A stretch of 64,000 nt of DNA from the human T2T-CHM13v2.0 reference genome, Homo sapiens. A program made the position numbers and the translations under genes. This document shows positions 17,482 to 32,580 of this stretch, in pieces. Below the pieces are notes generated by a model. It made no database searches. It worked only from the letters and a program-made list of their open reading frames with translations, and was not told the DNA's origin. Position 1 is the first letter of the stretch. Every line of letters begins with the position of its first letter. Location: NCBI RefSeq assembly GCF_009914755.1, contig NC_060931.1; one strand, 5' to 3'.

Positions 17482-19044
17482 GTGGAGCGAATTGGTTTCC
17501 TTGACAACAGGATATCCAATCAACTTTTTCCTCCAACTTTAACTGAGTTAACACAATTTATCCTTTTCATTTCAAGAAAACCTAAATCATAGAGAATGAT
17601 TTCAAATGAGGTTATAGAGATCAAGATTGCAGTATCATCTCCATTCTTTGTTCCCACTTCTAGTGAAAAGGAAAAAAGAAAGGTGATGGCATAATTTCTT
17701 CCTATAAAGCTATCAACTTTTCTCCTTTGGAAAAAAAAAGATGAGCCATAAAACACTGACTTCTTTTTAAATGTGTCTACTCCCAGATTTAGAGGCAATA
17801 TGGTGGCGGTGTAAAAATGAAAGGGTTGAACCAATCTAAATCGAATGTCTTTTCTAACTCTAAATGTTATTTTCTTACTGCTTAAATTTTAGCAACATAG
17901 TTTCACTCATTGGGAATGGACTATGCTCAATGAACAGCAAAGACCCTTCTTGCAGAGAACAATTTAATTTAAATTACATTAGTTTTTATTTTATTTTTTA
18001 TTTTACTTTTATTACTAGGAAATATAATCAATCCCAGCTTGGTCTTCTTAAAAATTGAAATAATAGATTGATTCATTATTTGACAAGTGAAATGCCACAC
18101 TCTACACTGTTGATGCCGTGTAGAGATGTATTGGGCCTTTAGATGACAGCTTGGCACTGAATGTTGGGAGAAAAATGGACAGGGCAAATCTCCTCACTGC
18201 TCGAGACTGGAAAGCCAACTATGATGGCAATGTATATTTATTATCTGGTTGTCACCCTAGCAATTCAAGAGTTTGAGGCTCAAAACTGGAAATTGACTCC
18301 TTACTCAATTCCCCTCCCACTCCCTACCATGGGGACAATAGGGCTGGAGAAGGTTTCCATCAAGATGGGCAGACAACATCAATGTTTATCATTACCACCA
18401 ACACTGCCACCACCACCACCATCACCACCACCATCATCGAGAACAAAATATCTTCACCAAGTGTCTACTTATGTAGCCTGCTTTGCCAGGTTCTGTGTAA
18501 ATAAAACTACACACGGTGTCTCTGCCTTCTTTGAACTTGAATGTAAAGCAGGAGGACTGGCGTGGATACCTATACAGCTATTAGTCGTGGTGGTACGTGA
18601 TAAAAAACTCTCCTGAATTGCACAGCAACCTGGCCATGTAACACAAAGAAGGCAAGGCTTTATTGCTTTAGATAACCTTCATCAATTAATGATTACTTGT
18701 TATCTCCTTCAGGCTGAGAATGAGCCCCAAGTTGGATTTATATTCCTTCCCAAACTCTGTAAGAACAGAATCAACATTATCGTCATACATTGGTGATTGA
18801 ATATGGTTTATATTCAATATATACCAATATTGAATATAAATATATATTGATATATATTCAATATATCCTGTTTGGATAGAGATTATATCCCCTCCAATTT
18901 GTAGCTGGACTTTGTAACCCAGTAGATGATAAACCTTTATTAATTACTTATAGTTAAGTAAGAATAAATATTTACACAGTGCCCTAAGTTCAGGTCATTA
19001 GCAACTCCTAAAGGCCGCCATTCAAAGCTCCTTTTCCCTTTATC

Positions 19045-19049
<5 letters not shown>

Positions 19050-19088
<39 letters not shown>

Positions 19089-19388
19089 GTTTTGTTTTGC
19101 CTTTTGAGGCAGAGTCTTGCTCTGTCATGCAGGCTGGAGTGCAGTGGCACGATCTCAGCTCATGGCAACCTCCACCTCCGAGGTTCAAGTGATTCTCTGG
19201 TGCCTCAGCCAACCAAGTTGCTGGGAATACAGGCATGTGCCACCACGCCCAGCAAATTTTTGTATTTTTGGTAAAGACGGGGCTTCAACATGTCGGCCAG
19301 GCTGGTCTCAACTCCTGACCTCAAGTGATCCAACTCCCTCGGCCTGCCAAAATGTGGGAATTACAGGCGTGAGTCACCATATCCAGCC
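19050..19388 (-). mobile_element. AluS with tail-derived (TG)n microsatellite (19050-19085)
   Basis: Antisense Alu with TSD tatctcatt. Confidence 0.93.
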
Positions 19389-19644
19389 TATCTCATTGTC
19401 TTTTAAATGCTTGCTCTATAGTTCTGCTTTTACTTAGCCTTATCCCCGTTTCTTCTTCCCCCAACATCACTTTAGTTTTGATCTTGGCTCCCTCTTGTTG
19501 AACTTGACTTTTACACTTCCTGGCATCCATCAGCTATGCCGCTCCATTTTGGTAAGTGGCACCTGCATCCCTGGATCCCTTCATGATGCCAGCCTTGTTG
19601 CATAACCTCATATACTCCCATCAGAGCATCAAGTTGTAGGTAGG

Positions 19645-20840
19645 TAAGCATGAACTTTGTACATAATTCATAAAGTACAAATGAGTATAAGAAAAAAGTA
19701 CACTTGCTCCCACCCTGGGGCCCATCTGCTCCTTCACAGAGGCAACCTCTCTTAAAAATTTCTTTATAGTCAAATGGATCATATATGATACATGCTGTTC
19801 TTTACCTTGCTTTGTTCATTAATGGTATTTGGGAAATTGTCCCATTTTGCTTCATTCATTCTTGTTAAATTAGGTAGTGTTTTTAAGGATTTCCTTGTAT
19901 GAATGTATCCTAATTTTTAAAACAAGTTCTCAATTGATAAACATCTCTTACTTTTACAAACACCATCGCAGTGAAGATTTTCATATACACATCATTGATG
20001 TCTGGGGTAAGTATGCAAGATAAATTCCTAGAAATGGAATTATTAGGTCAAAGATGGTCTATGTTTTTAATTTCGATAAATATGACTAAATTTCTCTTTC
20101 TAGGGTTTATGTCAGTTTAGATTCCCATAAATATGCATATGTCCCTCCCATACTTGTCATTAAAATGTGTGGTCACAATTTTAAATCTTTACCATTTGAT
20201 GGTATATTGCTGCAGTTTCGATGTGCATTTCTCTAATTATGAGCAAGTTTGAGCATCTTTTCATATGTTTAAAATGCAATGTATTTTGTTTTCTGAGGGA
20301 TCCTTTGCCACTTCTCTGTTGGGTTATTGATCTTTTCCCACTTTATTTGTAGAAGCTCTTTGCATATTAAAGAAAGTAGCCTTTTATATGCCTTAAATAG
20401 TTTCTCCTCTTTATCATTGTCTTTGACTTTGCTTATCATATATTTCTTCCAATCAGAAAACATTTGTTTTTGTGTTGTTGACTTTAATTGATTTTAACAG
20501 TGTCTACATTTTGCATCTTACTCAGAAAGGTTTTCTCCACCAAGGATATTTTTTCATAAACTTTCATTTTTCTAGTTTCTTTAAATTTTATTTTTAAAAT
20601 ATAGAATGTTTGATATATCAGGAATTTATTTGGAAGATGGAGTTAGGGACACACCCTTTTCCCCCCCCCCCAGGAGGGTAGAGTTCCATCTGGAAATTCA
20701 TCCTTTTCCAAATGATTTGAAATGTCACTTTTATCATTTATTAATTCCTAGGTGTATTTCTGATTTCTCTATTCTGTTGTACTGCTTAATCACAAGCCAG
20801 GGCTGCACTGAATATCCTCGTTTGGATGTCACGTTTGTAG
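19645..20840 (-). mobile_element. Old L1 (L1ME-like) 3' fragments
   Basis: gataaattcctagaaatggaattattaggtcaaag and tgcatttctctaattatgagcaagtttgagcatcttttcatatgttt. Confidence 0.8.
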
Positions 20841-22774
20841 CTTCTTGTACCTAGCTGCAGTAGGGTGTTCTAAGAACATCTTTGTAAGTATCAAAGCCTG
20901 AAGCAATCTATCTCCCAGGGAACCTTAGGTCCCATACTGAAAAAAAAAATCAATTTAGCAAATAAATAAGCCTTTGGTATAAAGGGCCTGACACTTAGCT
21001 TCAAAGTTCACACCACAGGAGGGGGAGGTGTCTCATATGCCTCCAAGTTGGAGGTTTTTAGCACCATTTTTAAAATTTAATTAGCTAGCATGCATGAACT
21101 AATAGCACCTTGTCACCAGGCAGTGAGGAAGTTGAGAACTTTGGGATACATAAGGAAAAGCATGTGGCATCAGCAATCAAAATAACAAGGTCGTTTCAAC
21201 ACTTTTTAAAGCTCAGCTTCCATGGTGCCATCCATTAGGAGAGTCTGTGTTCTGGAAGTGACTAAGGTGTGAACACTTTTCGTGTAATTGCTCTTAACCA
21301 TCATGTTTATGTACTATTTAGATGGGGTTGAAGAACAGCATAGAGATGGTTTACTTTAATACTGGCAGATGGCTATGTGAGACTTCCTGGCCTACCATCA
21401 TGGATCAAGAACAACGGGAATTGAAGGGCTCTGAAAGACTCACCTGTTGGACATGTTTGTTCTTTGACTTAGAAGATATGAGACATCTGAATACACTGGG
21501 CTTGAACATGTGGCTGAGGATAGGGTAGGGTGGAAACTATTGCTGATTTGTCCAAGAAAAGACAAGTACTTAGACTTAAATTGGGCAGCTGACACCTGGA
21601 GATGGCACTTGTTTTTAAACTGGACTGAGCTCAGTAGAATCATAGATGTTGAAGAAAGGTGGAAATTAAGCCACCGTTGTGGAAGAGCTTCCCAGACACT
21701 GATGCTAAGGAGTCAAACTTTAGGTTTTTGCTGCTGATAAAAGTGCAAGCCTCAGTATGAGGCTCATTTACTAAATGTTTGACCCAAAAATGTGGCTCAA
21801 TTCTAAGAGGAATTGATGAAAATGAAAATATACATAGTATATTGAGAAAACACAATACCCTTGAAACAGTGGAATTAAGCACAGAAGTCCTGAATTATTC
21901 TAACATCTCTGGCCATGAGGCCAAACTGTGGGCAATATTTGGGTCCCCTAGCTTGGTGAAAGCTGGCTTTCATGAAAGCGTTGAAAGCAAAGCTGTGCAT
22001 TGCCGTTCCCAATAATGTGAATCTGAAAGCAAAATTCATGTGAGACCATCATGATGGTCTGTAGGTCATAATTATTGAGCATCATTCAGTGAGTGAAATA
22101 TCAATATTCTCACTGGTCAAAATAGCTTAATCATGAACACTAAGCCTGTAAGAGCACCTTTTTTAAATGATTGGAATTCACTAAACTGCATTATTGCATT
22201 TTAGGGGGGCCATTATTCTCTAAAAGTGAATGCCCTGACATAGTGTGCTGATGTTTTAGGAGGCCTTTGAGAATAGGAAGAAAGTTGTCCACAGGACAAC
22301 TATCACCAAGCCAAGCACACTGCCCAGTAGGTGGAATTATCAAAGGAACAATTGTCCACAGATAAATAAGTGGCTTAGACCAAAGAGACAGAGGAATTTG
22401 ATTTGAGTCCCACTTTTCTTGAATGAACCATTAATAGACTCTTCACCCTTACCTGCCACCAGCATGATCTCGTTATACCAAATAGTGTATTGCTACAAAG
22501 CTTCCATGCTTTCTTATGATTTAAGACCACCTTCTTTCCCAGTCTTGATCCAAAGACCCTTCTGAAGTTTACCTAATTTTCTGGACTTCTAACTTCTTCT
22601 TTCAGCCCATTTATTTTATACCAGTTCATTTCCCCCCATCCTCTTTCTATAACAGCATATGGGTGATGGTTGCTGCATATTTTAATGACTACTGCTATCT
22701 AAGTCTTTGTGACCCACCCTCATAAAGATCAAGAACCTGTATTAATTCCCTCTTCTTTGGGTAGAAACATCCAA

Positions 22775-23222
22775 CAGGGCATGATAGCTTACAGTAGAAA
22801 TCTGCAGTTAAAATCCCAGCTTCAACTTTCTTTCTCTCTACTGCTTGTTACCTTAATGGATTTAGGCCAATCACTTCCCCTCTCCAGCTTTAGTTCTCTT
22901 AGATGTAAAATGTGGGATTTGGACTAGGTCGGTGATTTTGACACTGTTTAATCATGAACCTCAGTAAATAATATATTAACCACATTGTTATCTAATACAC
23001 ACACATACATTTGAAATAAAAGTTTTACAGAAGAACACCTTATTCACAGTATAAGAACCACTTTGATCTATTCTATTGTATTGTATTCTATCTGTAAAAA
23101 ATAAAACATTTACAAGTTGGTCACAGCCCATTAAATTGATTTCATGACCACTAGTGAGTCAAAATCAGCAATTTGAGAAGCAAAGGGCCAGATGATATCT
23201 GAAGTCCTTTCCAGTTGTAAAC
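22775..23222. mobile_element. MIR interrupted by a hAT-Charlie-type MITE (~22930-23185)
   Basis: MIR core at 22810-22927 and MIR tail gatgatatctgaagtcctttccag at ~23190. The insert ends ttggtcacagcccattaaattgatttcatgaccactagtgagtc..tttgagaagca. Confidence 0.65.
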
Positions 23223-26200
23223 TGGATGACTACAAGCCAATGAGACAGCCCCTATCAGTGTGCATCAGAAAATTGTTAGAGGCCATTGTGTTTGCCTCTT
23301 TGTGGTTTAAGATTCTGAGAAACCTCTGTCAAAGTCAGTAAAAGCCCACCGTTCACAGCTGAAACCGAACTCCAGTGGAAGCACTTCTCCTGCAGAGACC
23401 AGCTCCCGCACCTGACTGTGGGCCCAGGCTGGGCACCTCCCACCCAGTAGCACCTTCTTGTTTTTTAAAATCACAAGTTCAACTATTATTGAAATTATTT
23501 CCAAGCCTTAACTCGGAATCATGCTAAGAAGCTAACACAAATATATTAATTGACCATTTAAGACATCTCTCTGTAAGATTTTTGCATTGGGTGTAAATAT
23601 CTAAGTAATTCATGTGGATATCTTCTCCCAGGTAGGTGTGGCCAGCTGATTACTTATTCCCAGGGAGTTGGAGCAGCAGGAAGGAATGGCCTGGAAACTG
23701 GAAATAATCCCATTTGCCGGGGTAAGCTAGCTGTGGAAAACTGACCAGGCTGTGGGTACCGAGAGAGCAGCTTCCTGCTAAACTTCCTGCTGTGGGTGAA
23801 GGGCAGCGTTTAAAGAGTAAGATGGTGCTCCCCATTCCAGCAAACACTGGCCACAGTGGACAGTCCAGGAGAGAGCTGTGCACCAGGAAGGTGTCAGCTG
23901 GACAGTAGTCAAGCGTCCAGTAAAGCAGCGATGAGGAGGCTGTCAGTGGACACCAGGGCCCCACTAGTGGGTGGTTCAGGAACCTGAGAAGCCCCCGGCC
24001 CTGAGAAAGGAGTCTAGGTAGTACAGCAGGGTCTCAGCGGTGAGGGCTCTGAGGATGAACCAGGAATTGACATTCAGTTCTAAGATTCACAGCATCATGT
24101 GAGGCCCAGGACCAGAAGCCAGACCTAATCTCCGATATCAGTCAGGGTGGACAGGTCCATCATGGTTGGAACAGATCCATGCTGGAGAGGCACCGAGTCT
24201 CACGATGTGTGGCTGGAGGTTGTTCCTGCTTCTGGGGCCAGGGCTGGGCCTGCAGATGAGGGACAGAGCACCTGGCTAGAAAGGAGAGAGGACTGCAGCG
24301 GCTGGAGCGTCAGCCACAGATTTTTAATTTTGCTTTCCTTGATATTCACATCCAAAATCTACCATGGAGAACTGTATATCACGTTCAAGGTGGAAGGGAA
24401 CTAACTCATTCCTCATTAGTAACTATCAAATATGGCATCAGTACCTTCTTTATCCTGTAAGTGACAGCTCTGCACAGATGTGTTCCCAATCGATAGAATG
24501 TCTCAATTAAAGTTGCATAAAAGCTCTATTTTGAGCTAATATCTTCAAATAATAAATTCCACATTTAATTGAAGCGTACCTGCAACAAATCCAAGTTGTT
24601 CAACCCAAAATGCATAATAGAGTATGTAAAACAGTCATGAATCACTGTGACATTTGTCAAGGCATTCTCCCATCTGGAAGCAGGTCCAGAAAGCACATGG
24701 CTGTATGCATATATCTTTTGTCAAGAACTTTGCACAGACAGTCTCAAAAAGTGCACACATTTACCCAATTCTTAGGGCTCTTCACTCTGATTGAGAATGC
24801 AAATAGCATTCCTATTCTATCTAAAAAGAAGAAAGACAAGCCATCTTTGATTTCAAAATTTAAAAGAAATTATTACTAAATTTGAAGAAGCAATGAGTTC
24901 CCAATTCACTTAGAGCTTAAAGTTCCTCTTTCATCACTATTTTGTGAGCAGAGGAACTTTTTCCAAACAAGTTCTTAGAAATCCTTGCTTGATTAAAAAC
25001 CAGTTCTAAATCTTGTTACTCACATAGGGCAAAAGGTAAAGGAATCTAAATGTCTAAAACCAAATTAACTCCAGATACTAGTGTGAACTTTCAAGCAAAA
25101 AAAGTCACACACCACCGCATACACCTTTGAAATTCTACTAAATTTTGAATGTTTGACGTTAGCCTTTAAACTGGAACATATTCTTCTTTCTTCCTTAGGA
25201 TCTTTAAATCTTTTAAAGTTTGGGTTGTTTACTATGCATTCTAATTACTCCTGATCACTCTTATGTGTAACATTTCTATAGCTATGCACACAAAGTAATT
25301 CCTTAGCAAGGCCCCACCAAGTTTTATGATGCCTGCTTGCCTAGGGCAGATAATATAAACTTAACTACGAAAATAAGTTCTTTGATTATTCTTCGTATCT
25401 CAAGACCGTGCTCCTAACAACCTCTCCTCCATCTCACCCTCAAGCTGCAAGAATTTTGCAACCCACTCTATGAAGTTTTTCCACCCTGAGTAAGGCTGTC
25501 AGTTTATTGGCCTATTTATAAAGGTCTGACTCTCTGACATGTTCTCCAGGCTCCCCACATTAACCACTAAGGAGGCACTCTTTGCAGATGAATTTTTTTT
25601 TTTTTTTTTTTTTTTTTGGCCTCGGCTTAAAGAGGAACCTATTAACCTTTGCCCGGAATCTATGGCTGGTGAATGGCTTGTCATAGCATGTTAGTTTGAT
25701 GAGGCAATTGTGGTCTTTTTTGTTAAAACACCCCCCAGCACCTCTTGATACTACTTGGCCTACTGGAGATGTGGGCATCCAGGATTGAATCAAAACTACT
25801 GCACTTCACAACAGAGCTACTGCAGGAAGGAAATCCAGGTACTCCCTGGCTTGTGCCACCTCCATCTTTTCCGTGGCTAATGTAATGCCTAGTGCATATT
25901 CACCACAAAGAGGCAACTGTTGAATGGCTCTTCCATTTGCCTTTGAAGATTGCTTGTAACTCTTCAAGTTCACTTCTTCATCTCACTGCCAGACCACAGC
26001 TTGAGACTGATGATTGACATTGCCACTAGGTTCTTCCCAAAGACTCCAGCCTAAAGATTGTTAGCTGCTTCCCCCAAAGGCTTAGCCTTCTCTGCTAGAG
26101 TTTTGGTTCTTTGGAGCATCCCATGAGCAAGAAGCCTCAGCTCTTTGTCCTCCTCTGTGTAGGAGCCCACAAGGATGCTTTATCTCCAATCTGGAATGGA

Positions 26201-26455
26201 CACTTAGCATCCTTAGTTCTGCCCTGCTCAAAATCCATACCTGTTCATGAGTACCAGGGCTTCAGGGCCCGAGAACCCACAGCTAACACCCATAGGAGAA
26301 AGGTTTCATATGAGTAGGTGGGATGGGTTTTCATGCCTCTACAACCTGGCCAGCAGGAGGAACACTGTGACCCATGGTTTCAGAATTGATGGTCTCCCAC
26401 TTCTCGGTTAGATCTAGGTATTGAGAATAACCTGAAGGACATTTGGCTGGAGGAC

Positions 26456-27087
26456 ATTATTTTTATTGTGTTAAAATATGCATCACACAAAATGTACTCT
26501 CCTATTTTTCATTGTATAGATCAGTTGCATTAAGTACCTTCACATTGTCGTGCAGCTATCATCATCGTTCACATCCAGAATTTTTTTCATCTTGCAAAGC
26601 TGAAACTTTGTCCTCATTAAACATTAACTCTCCCTTCCCTCCTCCCCCAGGCCCTGACAACCACCATTTTACCTTCTGTCTCTACAAATTTGACTACTCT
26701 AAGTACCTCAATAAAGTGGAATCATATGGTATTTTTCCTTTTGTAACTGGTTTATTTCACTTAATATAATATCCTCAAGGTTAATCCATGTTGTAGCACA
26801 TGGGAGAACTACTGCCTTTTTAAGGCTGAGTAATATTCCATTGTAAGCCTATTCTGCCTTTTGTTTATTCGTTTGTTTGTAGATGGCGGAGTGTGTTACT
26901 TCCAGCATTGAGCTACTGTGAATAATGTTACTTGAATATGGATGTGGAAATACCTCTTTGAGACCCTGCTTTTAGTTCTTTTGGGTATATATGCAGAGGT
27001 GGAATTGCCAGATCACAGAGTAAATCTATTTTTAGCTCTTTGAAGACCGTCATACTGTTTTCCATAGTGACCATACCATTTCACCTT
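26456..27087 (-). mobile_element. L1MB-like 3' end
   Basis: agttgcattaagtaccttcacattgtcgtgcagc..ctgacaaccaccattttacc..tgagaccctgcttttagttcttttgggtatat. Confidence 0.88.
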
Positions 27088-28256
27088 TGGAGGACATCTT
27101 ATAGCAATGCTTTGTTGTCCCCTTTTCACCACGATTATGTGGCCATTACTTCTTGTTTTCAAACCTTGAGAGTGAGCTCAGGTTAAATTTACACTTCCCT
27201 TTGTGCCCTGGATCCCAACTGGTCAAGGTGAACCACACATTTCTAATTGGAATGTATGACCCCAGTGACTTTGCCTGTAACTTCCTTTTGGCTAGGCCAG
27301 TAAGCGCATTTTTAACCAAACCGACCCCATTATCAACAAATGCTTGCACTGCACGATAAATTCAGTTTGCTTTAATAAATTCCCAGTAGTCCTCACCCAG
27401 AGCTCCTTCTCCTCTTATCTCACTCCTTGCTGCCAAACCCTTTACAATTTATGTGTCTGCCTTTCGGTTCTGCCTTCAGCCCCCTCCAAGTTTCCTCTTT
27501 CCCACCAGCTCACTGTGGCCTTTGTGTCTCACATAAATTTTGTCTTCTGTGTCTGAAACTCTTACTGACTTCTGCTTCCTTGTTCCCTGGGTCTACACTG
27601 TTCCTTCTCTTCCTGGAACTGACCCTTCGATCTCTGGGCTTCCTACCTTGAGTAATTTGTCAAAATCCTGTTCTTGCAATTGGTGGCTTCTCAATTTTTT
27701 TCCTCTGGGTTTTTTTCCCACAGTCTTTCCACTATATCACAGGGCATACACTCCTGCTTCATGACTGTTCATGACATATTGAATTCCCCTCTTGTACCCC
27801 ACAGTCTCTGCACTGAGTGTGTGCTCATTGGGAAAGGTTAGCTCACATTATACCTATCCAAAAAAGGAGAGGTGGCAGGTGGCCTGTGGAGAAGAGTGTA
27901 TCCAGGCACATATGCATGGGAGAAAGTTCAGAGGTTTTGGCTGAGATAGAAAGAAGAAGAGTAGAGGCCAAATGTGTGCTAGGAAAATGTGATGTTTGGG
28001 GCACAAGTAGAGAGGACAACCTTGGCAGTGGCAGATGAGAGAGAACCTCAGGACTGGTGCTAAGGAGGTGGGTTATTTAAAGAAAGTTGTGCAGGTATAG
28101 AGTGGAGAAGGGGTGCAGGGGGAGGATGGAATTGAGTTAAAAAAAAAAACTAGCAAAAAACATTCTGATAGCACAGGTGAGAGAGATAAGAGTGATTTAG
28201 ATTATCAGAAATGGAAGGAAAAGAAGGAGAATTTTATAGAGAAAGTGTCCTGTAGT

Positions 28257-28550
<294 letters not shown>

Positions 28551-28721
28551 CTAAAAATGCAGCAAGTCATTGATTGTAACAAGTAAGAGATGAGTCAACA
28601 TTAATCACTGAGGCTGACTTCAAATGCTGGAGACAACATGGTGATTCCACCATAATTAAGAGGTTGAACAGGGCAAAGACAAAATAGTTTTATCTTTTTC
28701 TTAATCCGTTGGAGCTTGTCC

Positions 28722-29094
28722 TCATCCTCATGTGTTCAAGCTGTTATAACAAAGTGCCATAGACTGGGTGGCTTATGAATAACAGAAATTTATTTCTCAT
28801 AGTTGTGGGGACTGGGAAGTCCAAGATCAAGGAACCAACAGATTCATTGTCTGGTGAGGGCTCACTTTCTGGTTCATAGATGGTGCCTTCTCACTGCACC
28901 CTCCCGTGGTGGAAGAGGTGAAAGAGCTCCCTAGGGCCTCCTTTATAAGAGCACTAATCCTGTTCAAGAGGGCTCTGCCCTCATGACCCATTTGTCCCCC
29001 AAAGACCCCACCTTCTAATACTGTCATCTGGGGGTTTAAGATTTCAACATATGAATTTGTTGGGGGGATGGATACAAACATTCAGACCATGGCA
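28722..29094 (-). mobile_element. MLT1A-like MaLR solo LTR
   Basis: gctgttataacaaagtgccatagactgggtggctta..gaagtccaagatcaagg..tttcaacatatgaattt..acaaacattcagaccatggca. Confidence 0.88.
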
Positions 29095-29315
29095 GAGCTG
29101 CTAAGGAGACATTGGGTGCAAGGTGACTTAGGAATGAAGCACTCAGAGGATCAGGAAGCTGCATTAGGAAGGAGAGAGGAATGGGAGCTCCAGGGTAGGC
29201 CTGAAATCCGGAATCTCCACCTCCCACCCTCCAACAATCGAATGGGGTGTTTCCCGCAGTGTGTCCTTGAGACCATCGTTTCCACTGACAGTAATAATTG
29301 TTACATGGGGAATAG

Positions 29316-29715
<400 letters not shown>

Positions 29716-30799
29716 AGGATGCAGTCTTTATTTGACCACAGAACATTTTTCCCCCCAGAGTATTTCTTGGGACTAGGATATGGAGAACAGGCTTTGAGAG
29801 AAAACACTGATCTAATAAATACCAGCATTTTACTCCTAAAGAATTCCCCATAAAAGACAACCATTAATAGAAATAGTTTACTTCACCATTGTGAATTATC
29901 AACATTACAACCAGTAATTACTAATTACCTCCATTTTGAGTTGATGTTTTGGGGGATGTTTTTATCCTGCAGTGCTATGGAGAGGCTGGGAACGCACTGC
30001 TGCCTGTGTTGCTTGTTTATTTATTTCCTTTTATTCCCAGTGTTCTCTCATTCCCCTTCCCATCCCCAATAGTCAACCATTCCAATTGTGTTTAATGTGT
30101 TTTTTTTTCACATGTTCTTGCAAATTGTGCATTATCATTTCGTGGATATTATCCTTAGTTTATGCCAATAGTACTGCCGTAGATCTCATTCTATTCCTTA
30201 GTTTTTTCATTTAGCACTGTGCTTTCAAGGTCCAGCACAGAGTTCCCATTGAGTCTGCTGCTTCCCATGGCTGCCTGACATGCCACGGATGCCTGTACCT
30301 ACTTCACCTGTCCACTGTCCCAGGAGGAGATACCCAGTGGCCCTCAGCAAGCAACCCTGCAGTGGGCATCCTTTTATGGGACCTCTACGGACCTGTGGGA
30401 GAACTCTATGGGCTATCCATCTTGCCCTATGATTATAATATATATATATTTATTTATTTATATATATATATTTGTTCCCTAAGGCCACTTACATATTAAT
30501 TGCTAATAATCTGAAAGTGTTTTCCAGCACTCAGTGTGGATCATGTCCCTCCAATATAGTATCTCCCATGGCCATCCCAATAACATCCCTGAGAGTTTGG
30601 CCGGGCTAGTTGCATTATCCTCAATCATACAGAAACATGAGTGACTAGAATGAAAAGGGCGTGTGGCTAGTAAGAGGTGTGAGCAGAGTTGCACAGGTTC
30701 TTTTTATTAATCCAAAGCTCTTTCCATTCCACTGCCTCTTCTTGCTGTTTCTTCAACATTCCAAACAGTCCTGCCTTAGGACGTTTGCCATAACAATAC

Positions 30800-30960
30800 G
30801 TAACATAATTATTTGTTGGTTGACCTGCTTTCCTGGTAGAATGCAAACTTCACGAGGGTAGGGACTTGCTCTCTTGTTTGTGCTGCTATTTCCAGTGCCT
30901 AGAATGGTGACTGACACATAATAGATGCTCAGTAAATATCTGTTGCGTGAACAGAAGAAT
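30800..30960 (+). mobile_element. L2 3' end
   Basis: tagaatgcaaacttcacgagggtaggga..ccagtgcctagaatggtgactgacacataatagatgctcagtaaatatctgttg. Confidence 0.85.
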
Positions 30961-31511
30961 CATCTCTAAGTACATGTCTTTCATGTCAGATTTGTCTCCA
31001 AGGAAACTTCAAACAGGAAGGTCTTGCTATTTGGCTAATTTGGGTAATGGTACTATTTTACTGGAGACAAATAAAAGGAATTAGGGGGAGAGTCTCATAT
31101 TAAAATAGAGGGTTGGATAAGGGGAGTTTATACTCTTTCCCCATCAGTGGCTTTTATGCTCTATCAATTCAGTAGTTAGCCCATCAAAGTAAAAAATTGA
31201 ATTACACTGTGTAAGGCCACCTTGGGATCCAAAAGATAAAAGAGAAGATAAGGGACATGTTCTCCTGATACACTAGCTGGGCTCCACTCACCCAAGTCAT
31301 TAATTGGAGTCTTATTGGGCTACTGCCTCATATCCTACTCCCGAAGAGCTGATACCTCCCATAACCTCATTCTTAGGGTCAGCTGGCCGTACCAGAAAGA
31401 GCACTGGATTAGGAGCCAGATCTGGGTTCTGGTCTTAGCTCAGCTATCCCTACTGATGGGACTAGAATGAATGAGTCATTTATCATTTTCTTCCCTTTAA
31501 AAAATACTTGA

Positions 31512-31882
<371 letters not shown>

Positions 31883-32525
31883 TCAAAGGAGCTCTCAGAG
31901 CCCTCCCAGGGCAGACTGTCCAAGTATCAGGGATTCCAACTGGGATTCCACTGCTCCTTGGTGTTCTTGTAGCCAGCCTGCATCTTGGGGAGTCTGCCGA
32001 ATTCAGAAGCCCCATACCTCACCAGCTCGGGGTGAGCTTCTTGAGTCCTGCACATGGGTCCTCTCACCCTCATGTCTCCAGGGACTCCTCCGCCTGGGTA
32101 AGGGGAGACAGCACACATCATCCAGTCCTCTCCCCTCTTTGGGCCTCATTTTCCTAGCTATGAAATGAGGGGGTTGGGCTAGAATGATCATCTTGAAGCT
32201 TCCCTCCATCTCTAAAGTATTATGATCAGTGCTTTATTATTTTTTCCCTGCCTCTGATTTCTCTCCCACTGTGTCTGAAATTCTTTTGCCATTAAATTTT
32301 CTCTTCTTTCAGAGTTGCATATCTGGGCTTTTTATACCTAGTCCTGGACAGCACATTCTTCCCATGGCACTGGGCTTCCTCCCCTGGCCTCACTGTCTTT
32401 TCAGGAGTGACATTAGCTTTTTCCCAGCCCGTGTATTCCTGTTCTAAGCCCACACATCATTTGGGGAGAGATGATTTTGCCATGTACTCTCACAAATATA
32501 TGTCCTGCACATATTCTATGGAATA

Positions 32526-32527
<2 letters not shown>

Positions 32528-32579
<52 letters not shown>
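32528..32579 (+). repeat. (CA)n microsatellite, about 26 units
   Basis: Perfect CA run. Confidence 0.98.

Positions 32580-32580
<1 letters not shown>

Noticed and set aside
21200-21830. Possible very old CR1-like LINE remnant
   Set aside because: The resemblance is too weak to support by eye and needs an HMM search.
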